Assembly (NCBI GenBank): GCA_951406725.2 | Contig: OX597828.1 | Coordinates: 4,774,001 to 4,838,000, forward strand | DNA: 64,000 nt | Reading direction: 5' to 3' | Source: Octopus vulgaris | Taxonomy: Eukaryota | Shown here: positions 13,296 to 27,500 of the stretch, piece after piece | Layout of the letters: every line of letters begins with the position of its first letter | Position numbering within the stretch: the first letter of the stretch is position 1 | The notes under the pieces: model-generated | Seen by the model: the letters and a program-made list of their open reading frames with translations, nothing else | Databases searched by the model: none | What the model was told of the DNA's origin: nothing | Position numbers and translations under genes: made by a program

Positions 13296-13707
13296 TAATC
13301 AGTTCCCACTGTCATTCCCTATAGAGAATGTTCGAATAACAATAGCAATACAAACAGCAATAACAAGGATGACGGAAACAAAAGCAACACAAATGAAAAT
13401 AGATACGAAAGCAGAACGACTACTACAACTGCGACTGCCATGCCGATGGAAAGAACTAGAGAAATAGAAACATCAACAAAAATAAGCATGCTAGCAAGAA
13501 AGAAAATTGAATTGTCACTGCAACACATTTACGAATTCCAACTTGCCATCAGGACCACCACTTAAAAAACATAACAAAGCATCAAAACATTTCAATTTAT
13601 GAATCCACTGTTACTGCGTTCACTAACGTAGTGCGGCCGTGAAAAGAAATAATTTTATCCACAAATGTAAAAAAAAGTTAAACTCTTCGCAAGTTATGGG
13701 AAAATCT

Positions 13708-13872
13708 ATACATTATTTACATTATTTACATTCGACGGATATTTGTCCTCATCTTGTTTGTTGTTAACACAACGTTGCGGCTGATATATCCTCCAGCCTT
13801 CTTCATGTGTCTTGGGGAAATTTCGATCCTGTGTTCTCATTCCTAAGGTATTCTTCGATATTATTATTATTA

Positions 13873-13930
<58 letters not shown>

Positions 13931-14231
13931 GACCACGGGCATTTGGCGTAGTGGTTGAGAGCGCGGGTTACTAACCCCGAGATTCCGAGTTCGATTCCAA
14001 GCAATGACCTGAGCAACAACAACAGCAACAACAATAATAATAACAATAATAATAATAATAATAATAACATCGAAGAATACCTTAGGAATGAGAAACCAAG
14101 TTCGAAATTTCTTCAAGACATCTGAAGAAGACTGGAGGTTATATCAGCCGAAACATTGTGTTAACAACAAACAAGATGAGGACAAATATCCGTCGAATGT
14201 ACATAATACCTCTTCTCTTAAATATAGAACG
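13708..14231 (+). mobile_element. tRNA-head/(AAT)n/hammerhead SINE with an inverted copy of its tail upstream
   Basis: Head 13937-14010 is homologous to 3223-3288. Tail 14066-14205 has a degenerate HHR (CTGAAGA...GAAACATT, 14117-14162). 13708-13862 is its reverse complement. Confidence 0.8.
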
Positions 14232-15034
14232 GGAAAATATATGATTAAGTATTTCTGATTTCATTCAAGAAACTAACCACAAAATGATCCTTGATAAATC
14301 CAACGGAATAAGAAGCTGTAAATTTCAGAAGTAGATGGATAAATGACCTAGATTGAATACGAAAGCGTACATCACCAAGGATTGTAAATTTTGATACAGA
14401 AAATTTCTAGACAGGATGAAACTGGGAAGTAGTCCATAAGAAAGCAAAAATGCAAAGAACTCGTCCACTTATTAATCGACAGTGGCGAATGTATAGCGAT
14501 GATAAAGGTGGTCGCTGTACTCTCAGAACTAAACAGATGAATAATCAGTGAAATTTCTGTGAATTTACTATTTATTCGGCTAGAAGTAAGATTGTATTTC
14601 CTTCCTTAGTTGAGCCAGACTTTTGCCGTGAATCTTTCCTAGTATAAAAACTTGCAATCACTTAGAAATTGAAGAATATGTGATCTCCGTTTATTTTCTA
14701 ACAAACATGATATTAAAAATCTTGCGAAAGTTCATCAGACATTATTAGCATCTCATTAGATAAACACAGTAAAAACTCAATATGATTGTCGTATATTATT
14801 GCCGAAGGATTTTCTTTTAGTACCTTAAAAATATTTTATCTAGAAATTATACTATTTTTGTGTCTTAATTGAAGTTTGTTTTATGCGTTTTATATTAGCT
14901 AAATATATGAAAAAATATGTAATAGCGATAGAAGTATCAATACCCAAAACTTAATATTTAAACCCACTTAAAAGTATATGTGCTAGGACGCAGAATACAA
15001 CTTCTGTTATCATTAAGAACCTGCCGTATGGATT

Positions 15035-15190
15035 TGTGGTGCATATACGCGCTCGTGTTTATACCTGTAGTGGGTGATTATCGTCCACGATCGCCACTGG
15101 AACTGCCAAGTCTCGTGATATCGCCCTTCGTTGGTGTTTTCAAGAGAAGACATCTGCGTGCGGCTAAAGATAGCAGCGATGACTCTCTTA

Positions 15191-15235
<45 letters not shown>

Positions 15236-15580
15236 CAGAGTCGATTGAGGCACTGGTGTTGCGAAGAACCAGTGAGCTTATGAAAGATAATTAGTGGTGA
15301 AAGAAGCAGTATTAGTAACAAAGAATGCTTTAGTTACCATGAGAGAACTTTTCTTATTGACTTCAGGTGCATATAAGCACTCGTGTTTTTATTGCTAGCT
15401 GTAGCCATCGACTACTGCCACTGGAAATATCAGGTCATGTGATTTCGCTCTTCCTTAGCCTTGTCAATGATAGATATCCAAGGTTACAGATAGCAGCAAT
15501 TTGTATAGAATCTCAGAGTTCATACAAGTATTGGTGCCACGAAGAGCCAATGGGGTTTTTCATGGAAAATAATGCAGTAT
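15035..15580. repeat. Diverged tandem duplication (~330-bp period), unclassified
   Basis: GGTGCATA...CTCGTGTTT...GCCACTGGAA...AGATAGCAGC...TAGAAT.TCAGAGT occurs at 15035-15295 and 15365-15575. Confidence 0.6.
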
Positions 15581-16574
15581 TCTGCGTTCTAACGTGACAT
15601 CCACTTTAAAGTGGGAACAAATATTTCCTTTTGGTACGAAAACTAATTCTGGCTCTATTAATTATGTTTTAATAAGCCCACCAGTGCGTATATAACACAC
15701 AAGTCCATATAAGAGATTCACTCGTGCTAAATAACACCGTATTCTATGTTCTAACATGACATCCACTTCTAAATGGAGATAAACATTATGAATTATTGTT
15801 TTATTGAACACAGAAAACATTTTTGTTCTGTTTGTGAAATTGAATAATAGAGAATAAATGTGCAATTAATAAACATTGATATTTCTATGGAGTTTATTGC
15901 GTTAATGGTTGAAAATTGGTCATCTCTGAACAAAAAAAAATGTTTATTTATTATTTCAAATTTTTGTTCAAAACTTGTCTGTGCAAGTTATCAATACAAA
16001 TTATTTCATAATAATATAACTATTTTGAAACAACATTTAAAATTTCGATATTTTTTCATAACTTTTACAAATTTTATCTGTATTAGAAATTTTTTGAATT
16101 TTTAAAAAGTAAACTGCCAGTAGAGTTAACTCTTTATTACAAAATTGATATTTTTTTTTCAGAAATAAAATGGGACCACAATAATATTAAGGATTCTAAG
16201 GATGTGTGTGTAGTGGTTGGTTTGCATGAGCTAAAAAAAATTTTCAGAACCGTTGATTTATAAGGTACAGCTGACGAAGGTCATTATATTTCGCTTAAAC
16301 GGATCTGTTCTTGTATGTCATTGCGATTTACGTTTGTTTGTCACAGCGTATTTACTGCGTTTATTATTTACCTAAAAATGTTAATGAACATATCAGACGA
16401 TGTGGCGAGCTGTTTAATTCTATCCAAAGAATTCAGATTTGGTGATGTTTCACTGCTGGTGCGAATGTATTTTTAATTCTTATGCATGTTGATGTATTGG
16501 CTTTTCAATGATTTTATTGTCATGACTATAATACTCATCAGATTTATCAGTAGTAAACTTAACATTTCTATTAC

Positions 16575-16950
16575 TGGTTTGGAATTTTGGCATAAGGCCA
16601 GCAGTTTCGGTAGAGAGGTTAAGTTGGGGGTCATCTCTACTGACACTTAATTTATCGACCCCGAAAGGATGAAAGGCAAAGTCGACATCGGCGGAATTTT
16701 AACTCAGACGAAATGCCGCTAAGCATTTTTCCCGGCGTGCCAACGATTCTGCCGCCACTCCGACTTAACATTTCTTAATATTGATTCAGGCAGAATCGTT
16801 AGAAAAATGCTTAGCAGCGCATCGCTTGGCGTCTCTTTCTGAGTTCAATGTCTGTCATGGTCGACGTTGCCTATAAAATAAGTACCACATGGTTACTGAA
16901 GTCGATGTACAAAAAATTGCTGGCATTGTGCGCAAATTAGAAACCAATAT
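16575..16950. mobile_element. Two divergently oriented tRNA-derived SINE copies
   Basis: Minus copy 16575-16760 has ATCGACCCCGAAAGGATGAAAGGCAAAGTCGAC. Plus copy starts at ~16788 (GGCAGAATCGTTAG...GAGTTCAA). Confidence 0.7.
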
Positions 16951-17349
16951 TGATTTTAACCACCGGCAAAGTCTACATTAGTTGGATAGGAAGAGTATAA
17001 TCGATCAAACTGGCTTCAATACTTGGAATTTTACTACTTTTGTTCAGCTAACATGTCATATTTGTCTACATTCAGACAACTATATACTTCCTAAAAATCA
17101 ATACAACGTTAACATTATTTATTATTTTTTTTTATCTTGGATTCCGTATGACTGTCGCGTAGCGGGATTTTCAATCTTCCCTTTCACATTAATAATGCTA
17201 GCGAAAATGGTAGACACAGTTTCAGTGCTACGACAGCTCCAGCTAAAAATAGTTAAAATTCAATATTAAATAATGAAGTTATAGGAATGTTCATGCCAAA
17301 ATTGTATATCTATCTAATATTGTTTTTTTTTTATTCTTCTCTCTATAAT

Positions 17350-19820
17350 ATATAGACAAGTTAAACTGTGACGCCAGAATTTTGCCGAAGGATTAATAAC
17401 CAGAATATACTGAATAATAGATGATAAATAAATGTATTCTAATTCAGTTAGCTGTAAATAGTTGGACACTTAAAACAATAAATTGATTTAAGTTTAAATT
17501 AATATAGTTCGCATTTATTCTTTTTTTACTGTGAGGGCTGACATTATAGTTAAATGAATTCTGGCGACAACAAAAATAAATTAGAAACAAAGAACTACTT
17601 CTATTAACCCTCATAAACGGTATTTTTGTCTACATGCTAACGATGATAGAATCAGGAACGAAACAAAATATGTAACAGGAATCATTGCAAAGGAAGCTTT
17701 ATTGCTGCATGGCTTACACTGGGATAACGGGATATATGGACATATATTCGAACATGCTTACATACATATATACATACATAAATGCATGCATACATACATA
17801 TATGTGTGTGCGCGAATGCAAGTATGTGTGTGTGTGTGTCTGTGTGTGTTTTGAGATACACACATCTATGAGATACGTACATAATTTATCGTTTTCAGTG
17901 GAAATTATTCCAGGTTGTACGACAAACATACCCCTTTGAATTAAGGCAGAGGACATGCTTCAGCCATCCTTACAGTTTCTGTCTTTTGACTTTCAATCAT
18001 AATTATTATGTGAAATAATAATTATTTCGTAGCGAAATCTTTTGATTCCCATTTCGAATGAACCTTGCATCTCAAAATTGCGCAGCGGACTTCTTAAAAA
18101 GGTGGTGGTGTCTGTCTTTTTACCATGCAGTCCATCGAACCATGACACAGACTCTTTGTAACTTAGTTGTAATAGTAACAGTCATAATCAATAAACTTGT
18201 CGAAAACGTTGAGACTCTCTCCATCTTTGCGAATATTATGGATTTTTTACAACCAGATATAACGAGTATCAGATACATGTATCACTCATCAATGATCTTC
18301 CGTTGTCCTTACCTTTTGACAGTGTCTGACACATGAATATTCTTTCAAATCTGTCCGTATGTGGGCTCCCTCCATTTCGCCTCTTTTGAGTATTTTCTCT
18401 TTCGCACAACTACTTCGTTCTAACGACGGTTTTGTTTCTTCATAAAGCACACGCTATCCTACATTTGAAAATCCTTTGAGCTCTGAATTCAGTTTTGATC
18501 CTAACACATTATTTTGCATATCAAGAATATATTGTTATGTAAAAAAAAATTACCTCAGTTTACCCACTCAGTGAAACGTCAACCATCTGCATTTAAAACA
18601 CCTAACAACAAATCAACACTGTTTTATGTGCCCTTTAAGTTGGAAAGAGAATATTACATGACTGTACCGATATCGGCTTTTGTCAGCATCGTAAGATTAC
18701 GATCACTGCAGAAATCCGGAAGACAATTTTGGGTGAAATATACTACCACATATTAACTCGCGGAATTCTGTTCTTGATTCGACGGTCATTCGGAATGCTC
18801 ACAGCAGCTATATTCCTACCGCTCTATGTCACGCTGGTGAGACCCATATTGGAGTACGGGATTCAAGCCTCTTCTCCTTATCTCCTCAAAGACATACATC
18901 ATCTCGAAAGAGTCCAGAAGCTGGCTACCCGCATGGTTCTTTGTCTGAAGCATTTGTCTTATGAAGAAAGGCTGAAGACGCTCGACTTCTATTCTCTAGA
19001 AAAACGCCGACGCCGTGGAGATCTCATTCTTGCACACATCATAAGCGGAAAGTGTAACCTCTCGAAAGAGCTGTTCTTCACTCCTGCTCCAGAGCGTCGG
19101 CCGCGGGGTCACTCCGAAAAGCTCTATCTGCGACGATTTCATCTCAATCGAAGGAGTGGGGGCTTTCTCCGTCCTGGTTGCGGATCCGTGGAATAAGCTG
19201 CCAGACGAGATGGTGAAGATGCCGACGACCGCTCGGTTCAAGGTCTCCTTTGACCTCAAGTGGCCTGAACTCTTTATATGAACACCACCCTGTACATAAC
19301 TCCATGTCCCCCTACATGGCCTTGCTTTTTGCTTTTTGAGCCAAAAAATTAACTAACTAACTCTTGTCAATTAGAGCCTCACATTCACTACTCAGCCATA
19401 TTACTACTGAATTGTTCTCAGAACCAGACAGTACTTCACCCGATAACAACTAGATACAGTCTGCATAAATCAAGTCAGACAAATGACGATGCCACTCTCC
19501 AATACAATCAAGCCATTGCCCTATATAGTATATGCTCTCTGATTCTGCGATCAGAGTAACGATCTTCTTAGCTAATGGAAACTACCAGTTGTACTCATTT
19601 CCTTTCGACTCTTACGTTCGTCTCATCAAAGTTATGTCTAACTAACAGACTGAACCCTGAGTACTATGTCGAAATTCTTTTCACAGTTGTGGAAATATAG
19701 AATTCTCTGAAATTATACATACTGCAGAGTTGGACTTGCTAACATTTAAGATGAATTTGAGCTACTTGGATCCTATCAGTCTCATAGGGTTTACGGAGGC
19801 TGCGGGCACGGTGCATTTCT
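17350..19820 (-). pseudogene. Decayed B-box/B-box/coiled-coil/NHL copy with LINE insertion
   Basis: B-box1 ~19715-19820 reads KCTV..VAQIHLKC*QVQLCSM. B-box2 ~19465-19545 reads REHILYRAMA*LYW/ESGIVICLT*. Propeller fragments: RKDGESLNVFDK (~18195-18230), NGNQ/RFRYE (~18025-18055), SVQLFTAN (~17445-17470). Confidence 0.6.
18755..19362 (+). mobile_element. 5'-truncated CR1/L2-group LINE, 3' end with (TAAC)n tail
   Basis: LYVTLVRPILEYGIQASSPY...LERVQKLATRMV...LSYEERLK...SLEKRRRRGDLI, then a 3' UTR and AACTAACTAACT. Confidence 0.85.
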
Positions 19821-19850
19821 TCCAGCCAAGCTAAGTGTGTATATTTACAA

Positions 19851-19907
<57 letters not shown>

Positions 19908-20039
19908 CGTGCGCGCGCACGCGTGTTTTTGCAAGATTCTTGATATGAAGTCGAGCTTTGAAACAAATATTGTTGTATTTGGGGATTGTCATGTTGCCAA
20001 TTTCGCCAATGAAAGCACACACACTAGATATTCGGTGCA

Positions 20040-21130
20040 CACTTGCTTCAACTTTATTTCATATTAATTGTATTTCAGCCAAATTTCTTTCGTCACACTT
20101 CTGTGACCTCATCAGTAGTCCTTTGTTCCCTTTTTTTTCTTCTTTGAGTCTCTCCATCCTAACGATCTGTTACTTTGTATTCTTCCTGTATGTGTCTTTA
20201 TTTGTGCATGCGTATATCTATGTGTGTCTATGTTTAGAAAGTGTGTGTGTGGGAATGTGTATGGAACCAGCATTCTCATTATCCCAGTTTATTCATGTTC
20301 ATTTAATTTAATTTTATCTATTTTATTTTTTGCCTTTGTCTACTTAATTTTTCATTTCATATTTTATTTTGTATTAATTTAATTTATTATATTTTGTTTA
20401 TGTATTGATTTATGTATTTCCATTTATTTATCAATCTATTTTATTAGTTTCATATTATTATTAGTTTATGGGATCTTATTCTGTCATAGGCTGAGATGTG
20501 TGTGGGGTGGGGCTAGTGTTCCATTCTAGTTTTCTATTTAGGCAAAGGTTTATCTTCTATTATGTGTGTAGCTTCCGTAATTTTTCTAAGCGTAGCGTCT
20601 GTTCTAAGTGTGGACAAGATTTTAACTTCTATGTTGTTGAGTGGGCCCCCGGGTTCGATTTGCTTGCGGTTCTATTAATAGAAACTCCCCTACTGTAGGC
20701 ATTGTATTATATGTAGATTTAGCCCATAAACAAACTGTTAAGCTGGGAATGTATTCTATAGAACAAGATGTACAGAGGGACAGTACAGAAACAAGACAAC
20801 GAAGTACATAGGGGTGACAACCCGGAGCATAGAAGAGAGGTTAAATGGACATTAAAGGGAACTCAAGGAACAGAAGGGCTCACGGGTTCTATACTAACAC
20901 ACCGAGCGGGAACACGGAGCTCACTCAACAGCATAGAAGTTAAAACCTTGTCCACGCATAGAACGGATGCTAAGCTTGGACAAATTACGGAAGCTACACA
21001 CATAACAGAAAATAAACCTAGCCTGAATAGAAAACTAGAATGGAACTTTAGCAAACAGCCCCCACACGGCACAGTCTATGACAGAATAAGATCCCCATAA
21101 ACAAATAACAATATGAAACTAATACAATAG
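20040..21130. mobile_element. Penelope-like element remnant, inverted duplication of the GIY-YIG C-terminus
   Basis: ~20465-20655 and ~20915-21100 are inverted copies. The plus copy reads SIEVKTLSTHRTDAKLGQITEATHITENKPSLNRKLEW (EAxxIxxxxPxLN). Confidence 0.7.
20088..20121 (-). ncRNA. Partial hammerhead-like core in a PLE 3' region
   Basis: Minus strand CTGATGA G GTCAC-AGAAGT-GTGAC GAAA. Stems I and III are not convincingly formed. Confidence 0.4.
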
Positions 21131-21240
21131 TATATTGGATAATAAATATCCAATATACTACAGGAGGTATATCTATTTATGTAGCAAGGCAATAGCACAG
21201 TTAAATAATAGGTATAAGTGGAGTTAAACAACAGTATCCA

Positions 21241-21367
21241 GGCAAGGAAGAAAATGGAGAAGATATTTAATTGACAAACATCATCAAGAATTATTTATTA
21301 ATTACAATCATAAATAGATCTTGCTGATGGTTGTCAATTAAATATCTTCTCCATTTTCTTCCTTGCC
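21241..21367. repeat. Short foldback hairpin with AAGAAAATGGAGAAG terminus
   Basis: GGCAAGGAAGAAAATGGAGAAGATATTTAATTGACAA is mirrored at ~21331-21367. Confidence 0.85.
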
Positions 21368-21589
21368 TTATATATGTGTGTGTGTATACACATATGAGTG
21401 GGCGTGCGTGCATGTATGAGTGTGTGTATGTCAATGTGTGTGTGTGTGTGTGCCTATGTATGTGTGTATGTATGTATGCATGTATTATGTACGAATGTAG
21501 CATTTACGAAGCTTAACAATAGAATATGGGCCGATCGGGGCAGAGCGTTTAAATGACTTACTTACAAATGGCTCTGGCGCATTCTCCTG

Positions 21590-21725
21590 AAACGCACACA
21601 GTGTACCGTAGACATCCTAATTTGCTTGTGCGCTTTCATTAAAAAAATATATGAGGTACATATTCAACATCATCTGGCAAAATAAAACATTGATGCGGAA
21701 GCCCTTGCAAAAGGCGGGATACCCT
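21590..21725 (-). pseudogene. Isolated B-box1-like relic
   Basis: AFCKGFRINVLFCQMMLNMYLIYFLMKAHKQIRMSTVHCV. Confidence 0.5.
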
Positions 21726-22398
21726 AGCAAATCAAGTTATATATTCATTCAGTTAGGTTGAGTGTAACAGGCTACACGTACGTAAGTTAAAAGGCTTCTA
21801 AAGCAGCTGTTTTATGGTGATCTTGGCACTGGAAAGTGTCCTCAGTATAATCCAAGAAAAAGATGCAAAAACTGCATAAAAGTCAACCAGAAGAAAGCGC
21901 AAATCTATGTAAAGGGCTAGGATCAACTTACTGTGTGAACGTATATGTATGCATATATATATATATATATACAAGCATATATATGCTGTGAACATTTAAG
22001 TGAGCACAAATGGGTGTTAAAATTAAGAAAATTCCATTACCATGTTAAAGACTAGACAAAATTTTATAGAATATTTGAATTCTGTGGATCAACTGTTTAT
22101 GACGGAATTTCAGTGAATGGAAGCGGGAAAGTATATTGTAAATGAATGCTGTTTCTTGCAATATCCAAGATTTTTTGTGTGTTTCCAGGATCATAAGGTG
22201 CAAGGTGTGATTTTCATGTTCTTCGTTCATCCATTGTTAGCATAATTCCAATTCAAGTATCGCAAATGTATCCTACCAAAAGTCATTCCTGTATCAACTT
22301 AGAGTAGCTAAAACATCATAATTTTGCGTATAATATGATATAATATCATGCAAACTAGTATCTTCTTAGAAATTCTGAGATTCAATTTATAATACACA

Positions 22399-22429
22399 CT
22401 GGTAGAAAACCGACCCCTGGGCGGTTTTC
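22399..22429 (-). other. Helitron-type 3' terminus (GC-rich hairpin + CCAG|T)
   Basis: Minus strand GAAAACCGCCCAGGGGTCGGTTTTCTA-CCAG-T, ~420 bp downstream of the helicase stop. One mismatch from canonical CTAG. Confidence 0.6.
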
Positions 22430-23751
22430 GTTGGCATGTGTTTTGCTGATATTGATATTATATATACATATAGTTATGATACATAAAATAGAGTAAATTG
22501 ACAAGATGCTCATGAATTGAACAAAGACTCAGTTATAGTTTATTCTGTAATCAGTAAAATGATCCATGATACATCTAAATATGACAATAATGAAAATTGG
22601 AAAAGTGATTAAACTGTCAGGGGAGAATGTCCACGAATCTTCACTTGAGTGAATTTGAAAATAGATGTCCTGGTGGGAATTAATGAATAACATTTACTAA
22701 TACGAAGAGTTGAGTTTTGTTCAATATTGTTGTTTCGTTATATTCACTTATAGACGTCTTAATTGTATTTTAGTGTCCCTTTCCTAGCAATAAATAAGAA
22801 ACTTAAATACATTTCAATTAAAAGAGAATAATGAATGCCTCACATCACTGTACAAATGTTTTGCAGCAAATGGACTCTTTTCATTTATCCCGGATAATAT
22901 TTGTATATTTTCTGTTCTCGGCGCTCTTGATAATGCAACATACATCTGACCATGTGCGAAGAATCGTGTTGAGAGATGATATTATTAACTAAATAATTTC
23001 AAGGTGGTACCCCAGCAGAACCGCAGACTAACCCAGTTTGAAAACTTAATTCTATTAGATGGGGATTATTGCGCTTGCACTACGTAATACTTTAAAAAAT
23101 AATTTAATCACATGTTTTGTTCTTATATTATTTTCGCTTTATTACATTTTTACGAACGCGAAGAAAAGTTATTTGTTTACATATGGAATTCAAACGGAAT
23201 TTGAGATTTAAAACAGAAGCGAATCTTGTAATATTAAGCCTTATAATTTATTTTTAATATACAGATAAACTTTATAGTTTAAAAATTCTTTTAATATTCA
23301 TTTATAATTTCTTCAAAGTGATATGATTTTTTTAATAACGTGGGAAAAACAAAAATAAACTGGACACAGTCTCGCACTTCTTTAATCATTATAGTATAGA
23401 CGACATTGATGTTGTCATACATAGTTCAAAGAGTAAATGTTTTTGAGGTCAATTTTTCCGCTCAAAGTAATACATTTGTTTATATATATTCTATAAAATA
23501 ATGCTATTATGTTTCTGTGCATATACTTTAAACAGGTTATTGAGGATTCACAGTGTATGTTAAAATGTCTCAACTTATGCTGCGTCTGTATCACTGAATA
23601 AACATAAAAGAATATGACTTTGCAGATTCCAAGCGTTAATGCAGTTTTGTGTAGTGAATTGCTTTCAATCAACATATTAGATGTTATTGATGCATTAAAG
23701 TAAATGTGTGTATATATATACATATATAGATAGATAGATAAATATAATAAC

Positions 23752-23831
<80 letters not shown>

Positions 23832-23836
23832 TGATG

Positions 23837-23887
<51 letters not shown>

Positions 23888-23889
<2 letters not shown>

Positions 23890-24013
23890 CCTACGCAGAA
23901 CACTTTCCATACAATAACCATCAGAGCATCACAACAAGTCACAGCACATACCCAAGGCACACAGAGCTGCGCTCGGTAGTGAAGTGAAAGCACGCTATAA
24001 AAAAATAAAACTA

Positions 24014-24017
<4 letters not shown>
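23888..24017 (+). mobile_element. 3'-terminal ~130 bp of the same Dong/R4 family, in (TAA)n
   Basis: Near-identical to 28407-28534. Confidence 0.9.
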
Positions 24018-24087
<70 letters not shown>

Positions 24088-24112
24088 TGATGATGATGAT
24101 GATAATATTAAA

Positions 24113-24180
<68 letters not shown>

Positions 24181-24522
24181 GAGTGGGGGAGCATCATAGC
24201 CATGTGTTGAGAGGGATTGCTTGGGGTTTGAATTGTTCACCTTTGGGAAAATGGATGATTCTTTCAACATCCTTAAACAACCCTTATTCAGGGACCTTTT
24301 GAGTGGGATGGGATACTCAACCTGAAGAAAATTCTAACTGGGCCCCACCTGCAAGGTCATGTGCTGTTTATCTTGATATGAGATCACCATGTCGCGCACA
24401 TATGGTTGTGATGCATGTGCCTGGTGTACCCTTATCAGACAGGTAGTCATGATGGGTATACTGGGGTTCGTATGTTTTACCCCAGTGTCACTTTGATGGC
24501 ACACACTGCTCTTTCACTGAAT
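24181..24522 (+). mobile_element. Unclassified retroposon fragment inserted in (TAA)n
   Basis: Complex, GC-richer block flanked on both sides by (AAT)n. No ORF recognised. Confidence 0.45.
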
Positions 24523-24540
24523 GATAATAATAATAATAAT

Positions 24541-27500
24541 AAAGACGTTTAAGATGTAAGAACGATAAAACAGTGCTCCGAAATCTATCCACATACATCG
24601 AAGAGAAACACATCGTATGGAGCCAAAAATTTACTAACAAAGGACTGGACTATATCCGAGTAAGTAATACTCATTGAAATTTATTACTATTTTCGAAACG
24701 AAATGATGTATTTTAACTCGATATCATCTCCACCTCTAACACAACACATGTAAACATGCGTGGGACTTTACGATCTATCAACACCAGATCATTCCCGACC
24801 CCAAACACCATGTACAAAGGAACTACGAAGAAATTAAATACCACCGATATTATTCAACCCAATAATAACAATCGGGAGGTACGTACTTTAAACTTACAAC
24901 ACAAAATATACGAAAAACTACACGTGCAAAACAATGTGACAACAGAAATGAACCCTACGAAAATGACGACCGTCAAAATAATGGGCCGGACGTTGTTCCT
25001 CATGTCCCGCAAATAAAACCCAAAAGACATAAATGGACACGTGAGGAATACATTTCTATCTTACACGCTTACTTCACAGCATTGCTCTACCCAAAAAATG
25101 AAAACACAACAACACACACATATAAAATATAGAATGAAAATAACATAAATATAGACTTGGATAAAGCAATGAACCCTAATAAACTAGCAAATATACATCC
25201 TCAACGCAAAAAAATATCAGAAATAGAAATAGAACGTCTAAAAGAAAAAATACATCAGGAAAATGTAGATAGAAGCCACACAACAATGCCCAATAATATA
25301 AACACTGAAACAGTAAAACACGAAGACAAACGTAACATTCCAAACAAACACGATGTAAACAAAAAAACAACAAACCCAGACCGTAAGGATGCATAATAAT
25401 ACACGACAAACAGCAAGCCAAAACATGACAAACAAACATACGAACGTAAAAAAAAGTGACACAAATGTAAAAGGGGAGCCTAATGATTATGATTCTATAA
25501 AAAGTAGAATAATCAAAGAACTGAAAAACACAGATCTCAAGTTGACCACCGACCAAAAATCAAAATAGACGAAACAACAACATCAATTATAAGCAGCATA
25601 AACCTAGCCGTCACGGAACTAATAGCCACTGAAACAAAAAGCGATATCACTAAGCTAAATGACTTAGTATACGCAGCAGCCACTGCAGCCACATAAGAAG
25701 CTGGATACTCACTCAAACCCATCTAAACAGGAGTACCACCACCCCAAAAAACCCTGTGGATAAATAACATCCAAAACAAAATACAAAAAATGAGAAAAGA
25801 TCTGTCCATTCTTGATGAAATCAGTAGACAATCAACACTACTGAGCAACAAAAAGAAGACAAAAATACTCCGCAAAAAAAACATCACAGATTTACCTGAG
25901 ATAAAAGATTTACCTGAGATAAAAGAAAAACTAAAGCAAGATATCCTTGCCAAAGCACAAAGGATCCGCCGGTACGAGAAACGCCAGCGCTTGTTTGAAC
26001 AAAACAAAAAGTTCAACTCCAACCCCAAAAAGTTCTACCAAGAACTTGGCAAAAATAGAATAGACATCACTGCAGCACCAACGGCAGAAGTGGAAGAATT
26101 CTGGAGAGAAATATGGTCGGCGAACGAACAACCAATAAAAATGAGTATTAAAACAACTAACTCAGCATCTGAGCAACTTTGGACCCCCATAACAACTGGA
26201 GAGGTCACCCAGGCACTGCAAAGACTAAGCAACTGGAAGGCACCTGGGCATGACAAGATCCCCAACTTCTGGTTGAAATATCTAACAGGAATGCACAGAA
26301 AGCTGGCTGAAAATTTTAACAACATACTCGCAGAGCCAGAGACAATGGCAGAATGTCTCACGAAGGGGAAAACCAACTTAATTCCCAAATCAAATGAGAC
26401 AGTAAAAACCAGAAAACTACAGACCAATAACCTGTCTCCATACAATATACAAGGCATTTACTGCAGTGATATCGCAAAGGTTGAACAAGCACCTAGACGA
26501 AAACAACCTGTTTCCAGAAGAGCAGAAAGGATGCCGCAAAGGTTCATATGGCTGTAAAGATCAACTAATGATCAATAAAGACATAACTGAAGACAGTCAC
26601 AGAAAGAAGAAATGCCTCAGTATGGTATTGATCGACTACCGAAAGGCGTTTGATAGCATTCTCCACACATGGATCCTCGAAACACTAGCCATTAACAAAG
26701 TAGCACCAACAATTATAAAATACATAGGACACTCTATGAATAAATGGCAAACAGTGCTACAGCTCCAAACAAAAGACGGACTCATGAAAACCATAGACAT
26801 CCCCATTAGAAGAGGAATATTCCAGGGAGACACGCTCTCTCCACTCCTTTTCTGTTTGGCACTGTCACCTCTATCTGATATGCTAAATAGAACTAGATGC
26901 GGATATAAATGTTACGGCAAAACGATCAGCCACCTTTTATATATGGATGACCTAAAACTATACGCTGCAAATGACAAACAGCTGGAAACACTATTAAAGA
27001 CAGTACATGGATTTACCAAAGAAATAGATATGAAATTTGGATTAGAAAAATGCGCCAAAGTAACCATGAAAAGAGGAAAACTAGTTAAGAGTAGCAACAT
27101 CACACTAGATAAAACCAATGAAATAAAAGAATTAGACCAAAGCCAAACTTACAAATACTTAGGAATCCATGAACTAGATAAGACACAACACACACAAATG
27201 AAAGAGAAAATAAAAAAAGAATATTATAGACGAGTTAGATCAATACTAAAAACAGAGCTCAATGCTAAAAACAAGATAATTGGTATTAACACTTTAGCTG
27301 TCCCAGTTATAAGTTAATGCTACAATATCCTTAACTGGACACTAAATGAACTGACCAAAATAGATAGGAAAACAAGAAAAATAATGACAGGATCTAGAAT
27401 GCATCACCCAAAATCTGACGTAGAAAGCTACTATAAAATAACGACCATAGGACTGAAAAAATATCTACTTCAGAAGGAACGAAAACTGATACAAAACAAA

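Larger units (their letters stand above)
14700..17250 (-). pseudogene. Decayed B-box/coiled-coil/NHL copy
   Basis: ~17045-17090 reads LSECRQI*HVS* (B-box2-like). ~14760-14812 reads NPSAIIYDNHIEFLLC (last-blade-like; NPSA also occurs at ~17385). Confidence 0.4.

Noticed and set aside
24541-24760. HDV-like ribozyme at the 5' end of the R4 element
   Set aside because: I could not identify the nested double pseudoknot by eye.
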